From Gammaproteobacteria bacterium (GTDB taxonomy: Bacteria > Pseudomonadota > Gammaproteobacteria > Pseudomonadales > Azotimanducaceae): DNA of 60,469 nucleotides. The stretch is from positions 1 through 60,469 of the forward strand of contig JAPUGI010000206.1 of NCBI GenBank assembly GCA_027292925.1. The letters run 5' to 3'. The translations under genes and the position numbers were made by a program. Position 1 is the stretch's first letter. Each line of letters begins with the position of its first letter. This document shows positions 37,346-46,316 of the stretch, piece after piece. Below the pieces are notes generated by a model. The model did not search any database. It was not told the DNA's origin and worked only from the letters and a program-made list of their open reading frames with translations.

Positions 37346-38674
37346 TCATCCATCGAAGGCATTCCTGGTGAGATTAATCGGTCGCCCTTCCAGCATTGCG
37401 ATATTGTCTTCAATCCGTATGCCACCACAAGGGACAAGTTCTTCAATCAGTTGCCAATTGACTTGGCTGGCGTGTGCGGACTGTCTCAGTTTGTTAAGAA
37501 GCATCGGAATGAAATATAACCCGGGTTCAATCGTAAATACCTGTCGGTTTTCAATCGTCCGGGTTAACCGGAGAGCCGGATATTTTTCAGGGGCCGCTTT
37601 TTCATCCCCTCTGGGTGATTGTTGGAGACCTGCAACATCGTGTGTCTGCAGTCCAAGTAGATGGCCCAGTCCATGGGGTAAAAAAGTGAACGTCAGATTG
37701 CTCTCCACCATGTCTGCTTCTTCCATATCGACAATTTGAAAATCTCGCAAGACTCCAGCCAGTCTCAGGTGCATCTTTTCGTGCAGATCAGCATAGTTCA
37801 AGCCAGGTTGGATTTCGTCGATGATAGCAAGTTGCTGCTTATTCATTGCGTTTATCAGATCCCGGAACAGACCGTTGCCCGTGGCGTACGTGCGGGTGAT
37901 ATCTGCTGCATAACCGTTCTTGTTGGCACCCGCGTCTATCAACAACGAGTAAGTAGTAGTAGGTGCCTGCCGGTCGTAGTGTTGGTAATGAAGGATTGCA
38001 CAGTGCTCGTTCAATCCAACGATAGCGGAATAGGGGGATTCTTTTTCCCGGTGAGCAATGGCAGCCAGGTAGCGGTGCTGTATTTCAAATTCGGAGCATC
38101 CCAGACGAAAAGCCTCTTCCGCTGCACGATGACCTTGTACCGCAATATTATTTGCAATCTGCAGGCACGCAAGTTCATAGTCAGTTTTATTGGCACGGCC
38201 GTAGTGGACCTCGGAGAGGAAAGTCTGCGGGTTGATTTGCCCTATACCCCACTCTCTTGCGAGGTCTGTTTCTTCCCCGACAAACACCAAGGACCGGGGA
38301 TCCCCGATACGATTGCTCGCGTCGATGAGGGAACGGATTGATTGTATTTCCCATTCTTCAACCCAGAAGTCATCCGGATCTGACGCGGGTTGATGCCAAT
38401 AGTCTTCAGGCTGATTAAACAGGAGCAGTGGTTTTTCTCCCGGTCTCATCAGGATAAATGACTCATCGTTGTCTTCGACTGGCAACCAGGTTTTAAAGTG
38501 GGGGTTTACTTTGAACGGGTAGGAGTGATCGTCTAGAAACGCGTATTTCAATGAACCGGAAGGAATGAGTACCCCACTGCTCTGGCAAGACTCCAGCGCT
38601 TTCTCATAGCGACGTTGTATCTGGGCCAGGTGGTCCTTATAGAGAGACTCTACTTCGATGGAAATCTCCTGCAT
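37346..38674 (-). CDS. pepQ: Xaa-Pro dipeptidase (prolidase) PepQ
   Basis: Start MQEISIEVESLYKDHLAQIQ follows an AAGGAAG SD. Blocks FLDDHSYPFKVNPHFK, YELACL, NGYAADITRT, HGLGHLLGLQTHDV and GGIRIEDN align with E. coli PepQ. Confidence 0.9.
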   Translation of the reverse strand: MQEISIEVESLYKDHLAQIQRRYEKALESCQSSGVLIPSGSLKYAFLDDHSYPFKVNPHFKTWLPVEDNDESFILMRPGEKPLLLFNQPEDYWHQPASDPDDFWVEEWEIQSIRSLIDASNRIGDPRSLVFVGEETDLAREWGIGQINPQTFLSEVHYGRANKTDYELACLQIANNIAVQGHRAAEEAFRLGCSEFEIQHRYLAAIAHREKESPYSAIVGLNEHCAILHYQHYDRQAPTTTYSLLIDAGANKNGYAADITRTYATGNGLFRDLINAMNKQQLAIIDEIQPGLNYADLHEKMHLRLAGVLRDFQIVDMEEADMVESNLTFTFLPHGLGHLLGLQTHDVAGLQQSPRGDEKAAPEKYPALRLTRTIENRQVFTIEPGLYFIPMLLNKLRQSAHASQVNWQLIEELVPCGGIRIEDNIAMLEGRPINLTRNAFDG

Positions 38675-38817
38675 GAACTCACTTCCTTTCACAGTCAAAG
38701 TTAAGTCCCGACTATGACATCAAACCTGCCGAATTGGCACACACCTGGACCATTTCTGATCTAACAATTATAAAAAGTGCCTATCTTAATGCGGCTATTC
38801 ATGTCACAAATCTGGTA

Positions 38818-40581
38818 CTAAGGACGGTACAACTTTTCCGCACCTTGTGGACGAATGTTAAATCGTTTATCAGACCACCTATACTGGTTACGATTTGCAG
38901 TGACGACTTCTTCGAACTGTCGATTGATATCTAAAAGTATGGTTTTGTCATCTGCGCCGGTATCGTAATCGCATGGGTGGAGATGCAAGCGGAAACCAGC
39001 CTCTTCCCGCAGGGCGATACCGAATACCAGCGCCGGATAAGTGTCTCTTAAAAGATAAGGTAATGTCAGAGTGGTGAGCGCCTCGACCCCGAAAAACGGA
39101 ATGAATGCGCCGCTCCGCAGTCGTGGTTGCTGATCTGGACAGAGGGTTATAACCTCGCCGTCACGCAGTTTTTCGAGCAATTTGAGTCTGTGTAATCTTG
39201 TGTGGTCCAGCAGAGCTATACCCATTGAACAACGTTGCTGTCTGATAAGTTCATCAAAGCTGCTGATGCTGTTTGGGTGGTAGTACTCTGAAGTATTAAA
39301 CCGTTGTCCAAGATAACGCAAAACCACTTCCCTGTTTCCAAGGGGAGGTGTCATGACGATGGCAGATCCTTCGATCATGTTTTCCAGACCTTCAACCGAG
39401 AGCAGCATGGAGTGGAAGTGAATGTCGTTGCAATACCAGACCTTGCCAATTTCAAATATGGCTTTCGAGAACTCACGAATTGATGTTTTTACCAGGTGTT
39501 TTTTCTCAGCATCATCCTGTTGTGGATAGCAGATAGAAACGTTCCGGCTGGTCACTTTTAAGTGCTTGCCACGAATTAACAAAATGTAACCAGCGAGTAA
39601 GGCAGACAGTAGATGGAGGCTCGCCAGATTCAGTAGTGAGGTGATGCGCAGCAGGCCCCGAATGATAGTTTTTTCAACCAAGACACTGACGGGGTTGTCC
39701 GGGAAATGGTACAGTTCCTTATCACCGTCTTCACGTGTGCGAAAGCGTTTGTATGACCAGAGATACTGTTCGGGGATTCGGCTGACCACGTTTTCAACGG
39801 CATCGTTTAGTGCCTGAATTGAAATAGTTTCATCCGGCGATCCAAGATCGACTTGTTTCAGTATCACCTTAAATCCTGCGCCATCACCCAATCGTTTGCA
39901 ATATGCAACGACACAGATTGCGCTAGTTCGCCGCGCCAATCCCGGAATAAGCTGGCTGGTCAGGGCAGGCTGTCCAAAAAAACGGGCGAATTTACCGGTG
40001 TGTACATCTGGCTCCTGGTCGGGCATGGCACCAATTACACCTCCTGCCTTCAGTATCTGTAATTGACTTCTGATACCGCTAATACCTGCCGCGACGAAAT
40101 TTGTACCCGCGCGGGATCGACAAGCCTGTATTAATTCTTCCATGGCTGGAGATCGGTTGGGTAGGTACATGTGTGTCAGGGCGTAATGACTGCCGAGGAA
40201 ATGATTGATGACTTCCCAGTTTCCCAGGTGAGGGATGACAAAAATAATGCCCTGACCTCGGGCACGCCGCTCATCAAGTTCGGCTTTACCCTCCACCGAG
40301 ATGATTGATTGCATGCAGGCTGCGCCGGGTGAGGCCCAGGCAAATGGAGTCTCCATGATAGTCTTGCCTGTCTCACGGAGGCTCCTTTTGGTGAGATCAG
40401 TTTTCTGTTGCTCACTAAGCAGTGGATAACAAAGGTCGATATTTTCCTTGGAAACTTGCGCCATCCGCGAGTTAATGAGCCAAAGGATCGAACCAAGCAA
40501 TGCGCCCGAACTTTGCAGTACTCGCAATGGTAAAATCGATAATGCGCTTAGCAACAAGTGGAACAGGTGGCTTTTTAGCAC
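38818..40581 (-). CDS. Tandem fusion of two LpxL/LpxM-type lipid A (Kdo2-lipid IVA) late acyltransferase domains
   Basis: 587 aa. Domain 1 (aa ~1-295) has PHLGNWE (HX4E), MPDQEP and EQYLWSYKRFRTR. Domain 2 (aa ~296-587) repeats the fold with PPLGNRE (His replaced by Pro), CPDQQP and NQYRWSDKRFNIRP. Confidence 0.8.
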   Translation of the reverse strand: MLKSHLFHLLLSALSILPLRVLQSSGALLGSILWLINSRMAQVSKENIDLCYPLLSEQQKTDLTKRSLRETGKTIMETPFAWASPGAACMQSIISVEGKAELDERRARGQGIIFVIPHLGNWEVINHFLGSHYALTHMYLPNRSPAMEELIQACRSRAGTNFVAAGISGIRSQLQILKAGGVIGAMPDQEPDVHTGKFARFFGQPALTSQLIPGLARRTSAICVVAYCKRLGDGAGFKVILKQVDLGSPDETISIQALNDAVENVVSRIPEQYLWSYKRFRTREDGDKELYHFPDNPVSVLVEKTIIRGLLRITSLLNLASLHLLSALLAGYILLIRGKHLKVTSRNVSICYPQQDDAEKKHLVKTSIREFSKAIFEIGKVWYCNDIHFHSMLLSVEGLENMIEGSAIVMTPPLGNREVVLRYLGQRFNTSEYYHPNSISSFDELIRQQRCSMGIALLDHTRLHRLKLLEKLRDGEVITLCPDQQPRLRSGAFIPFFGVEALTTLTLPYLLRDTYPALVFGIALREEAGFRLHLHPCDYDTGADDKTILLDINRQFEEVVTANRNQYRWSDKRFNIRPQGAEKLYRP

Positions 40582-40759
40582 GGTTTTTAAATTTGCTGGG
40601 TACTGGAAGTGATGACAGAATCTACATGAAACTCTGGTGATAAGGCAATGAATTTACTGATAATTAAGGGTAAGATAATATAGGTACTCATGTGTCAGGT
40701 GCTAGCCGGGGCATGCAGCAATCGCATTCGATTCACAATAATAACAGCGGAGAGAAATT

Positions 40760-41149
40760 ATGGAATTAGTCGCCATTGTAACCTTACTGGCAATAGCGGA
40801 ATTCATTATTTTTGGCGTCCAGGTGGGTTCAGCTCGCGGAAAATATGGCATCCCGGCACCCGCGACGACGGGTCATGAGATGTTTGAACGCCAATTCCGC
40901 GTGCACTACAACACCCTGGAACAGCTGATTATATTTCTTCCGGGCCTCTGGCTATTTGGATTTTACATTGGCAATACCTGGGCTGCCGGAATCGGTGCTG
41001 TCTATTTGGTAGGGCGGGTCCTGTATGCGGTGTCTTATGTCAAAGATCCAGCATCAAGGGGAAGAGGCATGCTTTTATCAGTTCTTCCCTGCTGGCTACT
41101 CATCATCGGCGGCCTTGCGGGCGCAATCTGGCACCTGATCAGTACTTAA
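40760..41149 (+). CDS. MAPEG-family membrane protein (microsomal GST-like)
   Basis: 129 aa with four TM helices. FERQFRVHYNTLEQLIIFLP and YLVGRVLYAVSY fit the MAPEG pattern. Confidence 0.72.
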   Translation: MELVAIVTLLAIAEFIIFGVQVGSARGKYGIPAPATTGHEMFERQFRVHYNTLEQLIIFLPGLWLFGFYIGNTWAAGIGAVYLVGRVLYAVSYVKDPASRGRGMLLSVLPCWLLIIGGLAGAIWHLIST

Positions 41150-41153
41150 GTTG

Positions 41154-41429
41154 TTATTGCTCCTCAGTCGCTGACAACAACCGCAGAGCCTTATCGGCTG
41201 TTTCGTCTTCCAGCAAATAGGTAATGGCGTGGACAAAAGATTCAGGTGCCTGTTGCAGCTGCATGGTACGTATCCACGTATTCAGTCTCGATTTTCGATT
41301 AAACGGGTCCTGCTGAAGGATAGAAATCAGCTGTGCCCGGATATCTGCATCTTCCCGGGCGACTGACATAAGCTGCACGAATGGCTCATCATCACGTTGT
41401 GAAAAGAACTTGTTCAAATACTTAGGCAA
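41154..41429 (-). CDS. Hypothetical small protein
   Basis: 91-aa helical, acidic ORF, convergent with the MAPEG gene across a 4-nt gap. I recognised no family. Confidence 0.4.
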   Translation of the reverse strand: MPKYLNKFFSQRDDEPFVQLMSVAREDADIRAQLISILQQDPFNRKSRLNTWIRTMQLQQAPESFVHAITYLLEDETADKALRLLSATEEQ

Positions 41430-41601
41430 CCTGCTTATCCTATTTCAACGGTCGAAATATTGTAGCACCTCCGGCTGATGACACGTCCGCCATCTTCTTG
41501 TTTGGCTCAATCCCATGGTACTGGGTACTGCGGCGTGATATATATAGCCACCTGAATCTGTAGGCTATTTCGGCCGTATAAATTCCTAAAAAGGAGGGGA
41601 A

Positions 41602-42477
41602 ATGGTTTCCGTTGTATACGAAGCACCTGGATCTGTTGCCGATGCGGTGACGCTGTTGGTGAATTCCGACATTACAGCCAGTGTTCTGGCAGGTGGCACA
41701 GACCTTTTAATTCAGATGCAGAGTATGGTAAATGAAACACGGCTGGTCGTTGATTTGAAAAAAATTCCTGAAATGATGAACGCGATTCTTGATGATGAGG
41801 GTTTACAGTTAGGTCCCTGCATGTCTTGTGCGGAGTTCACCTCACGCGAAGACATCAAATTGGTTTACCCGGGATTAGTCGAATCTGCCTACCTGATTGG
41901 CTCAACCCAGATTCAGGGAAGGGCCAGCATTGGCGGTAACCTCTGTAATTCGTCACCTGCCGCGGACACGGTTCCGGCACTGATTGCCAATAATGCACGA
42001 TGCGTGATTGTTGGTCCATCGGGTGAAAGAAGCCTCACGGTTGAGGAATTTACCACCGGCGTCGGCGAGAACTGTCTGGCAAAAGGCGAACTAGTCAGCC
42101 TGATCAAGGTTCCGCGACCAGCCGCCAATACTTCTGATGCCTATCTTCGATTTATTCCTAGATCGGAAATGGATATTGCGGTTGCCGGCGCAGGAGTCAG
42201 TATCACGCTTGACGAAGATGGAATTTGTACCGCAGCCCGGGTCAGTATCGGTGCGGTTGCACCCATTGTACTGGTGGTTCCTGAAGCAGCGGATGCGCTG
42301 CTTGGCACAAAAGTCGATACCACTGCATTACAGGCAGTGGCGGATGCTGCCAGCGCTGCTTCGACTCCCATAACAGACCGGCGCGGAACGCATGAGTACC
42401 GACGCCATGTGGTAGGCGTGTTGGCGAAACGGGCTGCTGCGATTGCGGCTGAGAGAGTAAGAGGTGTTCAATCATGA
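41602..42477 (+). CDS. Molybdo-hydroxylase (xanthine dehydrogenase/CoxM family) FAD-binding medium subunit
   Basis: 291 aa. Motifs: LAGGTDLLIQM, ASIGGNLCNSSPAADT. Confidence 0.85.
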   Translation: MVSVVYEAPGSVADAVTLLVNSDITASVLAGGTDLLIQMQSMVNETRLVVDLKKIPEMMNAILDDEGLQLGPCMSCAEFTSREDIKLVYPGLVESAYLIGSTQIQGRASIGGNLCNSSPAADTVPALIANNARCVIVGPSGERSLTVEEFTTGVGENCLAKGELVSLIKVPRPAANTSDAYLRFIPRSEMDIAVAGAGVSITLDEDGICTAARVSIGAVAPIVLVVPEAADALLGTKVDTTALQAVADAASAASTPITDRRGTHEYRRHVVGVLAKRAAAIAAERVRGVQS

Positions 42478-42959
42478 CAAAAACCCACGTAACAACTACC
42501 ATCAATGGCGAAGTGATAGAATTCCTGTGTGAACCCAGCGATACACTGCTGGCGGTCCTGCGCAATGAATTACAACTAACCGGAACAAAAGAAGGCTGCG
42601 GCTCCGGTGATTGCGGCTCCTGTTCAGTGACGATCGACGGCCGCCTGGTCTGTTCCTGCCTGGTATTAGGCGTAGAAGCAGAAGGGGTAGAAATTGGCAC
42701 GGTAGAGGGGGTCGCTGACAAAGACAAACTTCATGTTATTCAGGAAAAATTCCTTGAACATGCCGCGCTACAGTGTGGAATATGTACGCCGGGTTTAATT
42801 GTTTCGGCAAAAGCCCTGCTTGATGAAAATCCTGAACCGACAGAAGAAGAAGCCAGGTATTACCTGGCTGGAAACCTATGCCGTTGCACAGGATATGACA
42901 AGATAATTCGTGCTGTGATGGATTCGGCGGAGGTAATGAGAGGAGATGCGCAATCATGA
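42474..42959 (+). CDS. Molybdo-hydroxylase [2Fe-2S] small subunit
   Basis: 161 aa. The two 2Fe-2S motifs are GCGSGDCGSCSV and CGICTPG...CRCTGY. Confidence 0.9.
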   Translation: MTKTHVTTTINGEVIEFLCEPSDTLLAVLRNELQLTGTKEGCGSGDCGSCSVTIDGRLVCSCLVLGVEAEGVEIGTVEGVADKDKLHVIQEKFLEHAALQCGICTPGLIVSAKALLDENPEPTEEEARYYLAGNLCRCTGYDKIIRAVMDSAEVMRGDAQS

Positions 42960-45208
42960 GTGAAGCAAGAGAGTACAAATATATCGGGCAGAGGACCGTG
43001 CGCCCAGACGGATTCGACAAGGTTACCGGTCGCGCCGCCTTTGGCGCCGATCTGTCATTGCCCGGCATGATCTGGGGGAAAATTTTGCGCAGTCCTTATG
43101 CCCACGCCTCAATAAAAAGCATTGATACCAGCAAAGCAGAGGCACATCCAGATGTGATGGCGGTCGTAACCTACCAGGACTACCCTGCAGTTTCATCTGG
43201 AGGATTCGAGCCCGGAGATGGGCCAACTGACCTGCGTGACCTGGCAAGAAACGTCCTGGCTGATGACAAGGCGTTGTACCACGGCCATGCCATCCTGGCG
43301 ATCGCAGCAAGGACCGAGGCGGCCGCAGAAAAGGCATTGTCGTTAGTTGATATCGACTATGAAGTATTGAAACCGGTGATGGATGTCGCAGATGCCATGC
43401 AGCCGGACTCAGCCGTGTTGCATGCAGACCTGTTTACCAAGGGCCTGGCGGAACAGCCAGAGAATCCATCGAATATTGCTACACGAATGGAACTAAAAAA
43501 AGGTGACATTGAAGCAGGTTTCGCGGCTGCAGAAGTCGTCGTCGAGCGCGATTTCTATACGCCTACTGTGCACCAGGGATATATCGAACCCCATGCAACC
43601 ACAGTTCGCTATGATGACGATGGCCAGTCAATGGTCTGGTGTTCAACCCAGGGTCATTTTGATGTTCGCGCTAGTACCGCGAAACTGCTGAGTATGGATC
43701 TAGGCAAACTAAAGGTCATTGCCAGCGAAATCGGTGGTGGATTTGGCGGTAAGACGACGGTTTACCTTGAGCCGGTTGCGCTGATGCTGTCCAAAAAATC
43801 CGGCAGGCCTGTGAAGATGACTATGACTCGCGATGAAGTTTTTCGCGCATCAGGTCCCGGTTCAGCAACTCGGAGCACGGTCAAGATAGGCGCAAAGAAA
43901 GACGGCACTATTACCGCTATGCAGGCGAAACTTTGCTATGAAGCAGGCGCTTTTAAAGGCTCGCCAATGGGACCCGGCTGTATGACGGTGTTTACACCCT
44001 ATGATGTCGAGAACATATATATTGAGGGCTATGACGTGGTCGTCAACAAACCCAAGGTTGCCGCCTATCGTGCACCCGGTGCTCCCCAGGCAGAATTTGC
44101 GGCTGAAATGGTCATCAACGAACTGGCCGATGAATTGAATATTGATCCCATCGAATTGCGTTTGCAAAATGCTGCAAAGGAAGGGACACAAACTGTTTAC
44201 GGTCCCAAGTTGAAGGCCGTTGGTCTGGTGGAATGCCTTGAAGCAGCGAAGAATTCACCGCATTACAAGCAAGCCCTCCCTAAAAACCAGGGGAGAGGAC
44301 TTGCGGCGGGGTTCTGGTTCAATATCGGAGGCCAATCCAGTGTCGTCATTAACATGAATCCAGATGGAACCGGAACAATCGTTGAAGGTAACCCGGATAT
44401 TGGCGGTTCAAGAGCTTCAATGCAGCTGATGGCAGCGGAGGAACTGGGCATTGACGTGAGCAAATTAAACCCAATAGTTGCCGACACTGAACATGTCCCC
44501 TACAGCGCCACCACAGGTGGCAGTCGCACCACGTTTGCAACTGGGATGGCAGTCATTGAGGCCGCCCGAGATGTGGTCCAGCAAATGAAGGAGCGGGCAG
44601 CTTCGGTCTGGAATGTAACCACCGAACAGGTCGATTGGGCGGATGGTGTTGCGATCAATATGACCAGTGATGATAGGTTAACTGCTGCGGAAATCTGCAG
44701 GGGGGCGGAAAGGACTGGTGGACAGATCTCGGGACGGGGAAATATCAATGCACGAGGTGCAGGGCCCAGCTTTGCGGTCCATCTCTGTGATGTCGAAGTC
44801 GATAAGGAGACCGGCAAGGTTGATGTAGTACGTTATACCGCCATCCAGGATGCGGGAAAAGCTATTCATCCGAGTTACGTGGAAGGCCAGTATCAAGGCG
44901 GTGCGGCACAAGGTATCGGCTGGGCGCTGAACGAGGAATATATATATAACGAGGACGGAGTGATGGAGAACGCAGGATTTCTAGATTACCGCATTCCTCT
45001 CGCTTCTGATTTACCGATGATCGATACGATTATTGTAGAAGTACCTAACGCCTTTCATCCGTTTGGCGTGAGAGGTGTTGGTGAAACCGGGATAGTTCCT
45101 CCGTTGGCAGCTGTTGCCACTGCAATAAGTGATTCCATCGGTGTGCGAATGACCCATCTGCCTTGTTCGCCGCCGCGAGTGCTTAAGGCTATCCAGGATG
45201 CTAGCTAA
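42956..45208 (+). CDS. Molybdo-hydroxylase molybdopterin-binding large subunit (aldehyde oxidase/xanthine dehydrogenase family; not CO dehydrogenase)
   Basis: 750 aa. The active-site loop reads AAYRAPGAP rather than the CODH AYxCSFR signature. GGGFGGK and the Glu near the C-terminus (GVGETG) are present. Confidence 0.88.
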   Translation: MSEAREYKYIGQRTVRPDGFDKVTGRAAFGADLSLPGMIWGKILRSPYAHASIKSIDTSKAEAHPDVMAVVTYQDYPAVSSGGFEPGDGPTDLRDLARNVLADDKALYHGHAILAIAARTEAAAEKALSLVDIDYEVLKPVMDVADAMQPDSAVLHADLFTKGLAEQPENPSNIATRMELKKGDIEAGFAAAEVVVERDFYTPTVHQGYIEPHATTVRYDDDGQSMVWCSTQGHFDVRASTAKLLSMDLGKLKVIASEIGGGFGGKTTVYLEPVALMLSKKSGRPVKMTMTRDEVFRASGPGSATRSTVKIGAKKDGTITAMQAKLCYEAGAFKGSPMGPGCMTVFTPYDVENIYIEGYDVVVNKPKVAAYRAPGAPQAEFAAEMVINELADELNIDPIELRLQNAAKEGTQTVYGPKLKAVGLVECLEAAKNSPHYKQALPKNQGRGLAAGFWFNIGGQSSVVINMNPDGTGTIVEGNPDIGGSRASMQLMAAEELGIDVSKLNPIVADTEHVPYSATTGGSRTTFATGMAVIEAARDVVQQMKERAASVWNVTTEQVDWADGVAINMTSDDRLTAAEICRGAERTGGQISGRGNINARGAGPSFAVHLCDVEVDKETGKVDVVRYTAIQDAGKAIHPSYVEGQYQGGAAQGIGWALNEEYIYNEDGVMENAGFLDYRIPLASDLPMIDTIIVEVPNAFHPFGVRGVGETGIVPPLAAVATAISDSIGVRMTHLPCSPPRVLKAIQDAS

Positions 45209-45270
45209 TTCATGAAAGGAACTAGCCCACGTGACGTTTAAATCTGGACAAGAATCGGCTAGCTAGTAGC
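45200..45270. repeat. Intergenic repeat element, copy A (short form)
   Basis: GCTAGCTAATTCATGAAAGGAACTAGCCC-N12-AATCTGGACAAGAA-N3-GCTAGCTAG. It shares GGAACTAGCCC and AATCTGGACA(A/G)GAA at identical 23-nt spacing with copy B (52238-52342). Confidence 0.6.
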
Positions 45271-45286
45271 TGATCCTTTATTTAGC

Positions 45287-45529
45287 ATGGCTACAGTGAT
45301 CTTCTCCAGTGAGTTGCAACGACTTACCGGAGAAGAACATGCATCCGTTATCGCAACAAATTATCGCGACCTGGTGGCTGAACTTCTCATCCGATATGAA
45401 AAGCTGACTGAAGATGAAATTCTGACCATGGCAGTTGCCATAGACGGTGAAATCATCCACGACCCGTTACTTGAAACTGTGTCTCCTAACAGCGAAGTAC
45501 ATTTCTTGTTTAGGATATCTGGCGGGTGA
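45287..45529 (+). CDS. MoaD/ThiS-family ubiquitin-like sulfur-carrier protein (C-terminal GG)
   Basis: 80 aa ending ...EVHFLFRISGG*. The length and pattern parallel E. coli MoaD (...DEVAFFPPVTGG). Confidence 0.7.
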   Translation: MATVIFSSELQRLTGEEHASVIATNYRDLVAELLIRYEKLTEDEILTMAVAIDGEIIHDPLLETVSPNSEVHFLFRISGG

Positions 45530-45656
45530 TACGAATTTGAAGTTCTTTGCCTGGCTGTTACTCGTGGTTCTCATGGTGATCGCGTCCGCTTTCATCTCTT
45601 ACGTTACCATTGGATTGTCCCCGGGGTTACGATGTTGAGGTATCTATCAGGTTGAA

Positions 45657-46316
45657 CTATGAAGAAAATTTTCCTCTCAAAGTGATTCCTAGTTCAACCT
45701 CGAGATCATCGAGAGCCTGTTTTGCATCTAGTACCTTGATGGTGGTCATCCCCAGTTCTCTGGCGGGTTTCAGGTTTATGCCAAGGTCGTCCAGGAAGAT
45801 TGCCTCAGTGGGATCGATTTCCATCTCGCGACAGGCGAGCTTATAAATTTCTGGATCAGGTTTTCGGATGCCTACCTTGCTGGATTCGATGACAACATCG
45901 AATAAGTCCATCACTTCATTCATCCGTGCGGTCTTGTCACGGTCGCTCGCCATGAAAGGACCTTCTTCATTGTCAATATTGTTCGTGATGCAGCCAATCT
46001 TCCGATCAGATCTGATAATTCTCAACGCATTTACCATTTCTTCCCGCAACTCACCTGATAGGAGGGCCAATACCTGTGAGCCTCTCACTTCATGGCCACG
46101 AGCGAGAGCTTCGTCTGCGAACATAATGTCGAACTCATTGACACTTATCTGGCTGCTCTCAAGCTGTGCCCAGGCGTTTGTCTCAGGATTAGCAGCGTTG
46201 ATAGAACGGATAAAATTTTCCGGCAATCCTGTGGCTTTTTCGAAACGATTGAATGCTTCAAACGGGCTCGTCGTTATAACGCCCCCGAAATCCCACAATA
46301 CCGCTTTAATCATCAC
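45657..46316 (-). CDS. HAD-superfamily hydrolase (subfamily IA, epoxide-hydrolase N-terminal-domain-like phosphatase)
   Basis: 219 aa. Motif I is AVLWDFGGVIT, and a late motif FLDDLGINL is present. Confidence 0.8.
   Translation of the reverse strand: MMIKAVLWDFGGVITTSPFEAFNRFEKATGLPENFIRSINAANPETNAWAQLESSQISVNEFDIMFADEALARGHEVRGSQVLALLSGELREEMVNALRIIRSDRKIGCITNNIDNEEGPFMASDRDKTARMNEVMDLFDVVIESSKVGIRKPDPEIYKLACREMEIDPTEAIFLDDLGINLKPARELGMTTIKVLDAKQALDDLEVELGITLRGKFSS

Noticed and set aside
37333-37446. An apparent 100-nt overlap between the GNAT ORF and pepQ.
   Set aside because: It is resolved by using the internal Met (MIKIREAELQD), a typical GNAT start, which leaves a 13-nt intergenic gap.
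42242-42727. A 161-aa minus-strand ORF, plus other antisense ORFs, inside the molybdo-hydroxylase operon.
   Set aside because: It is antisense to well-supported FAD and 2Fe-2S subunit genes. The composition is Pro/Ser/Thr-rich and typical of antisense frames.
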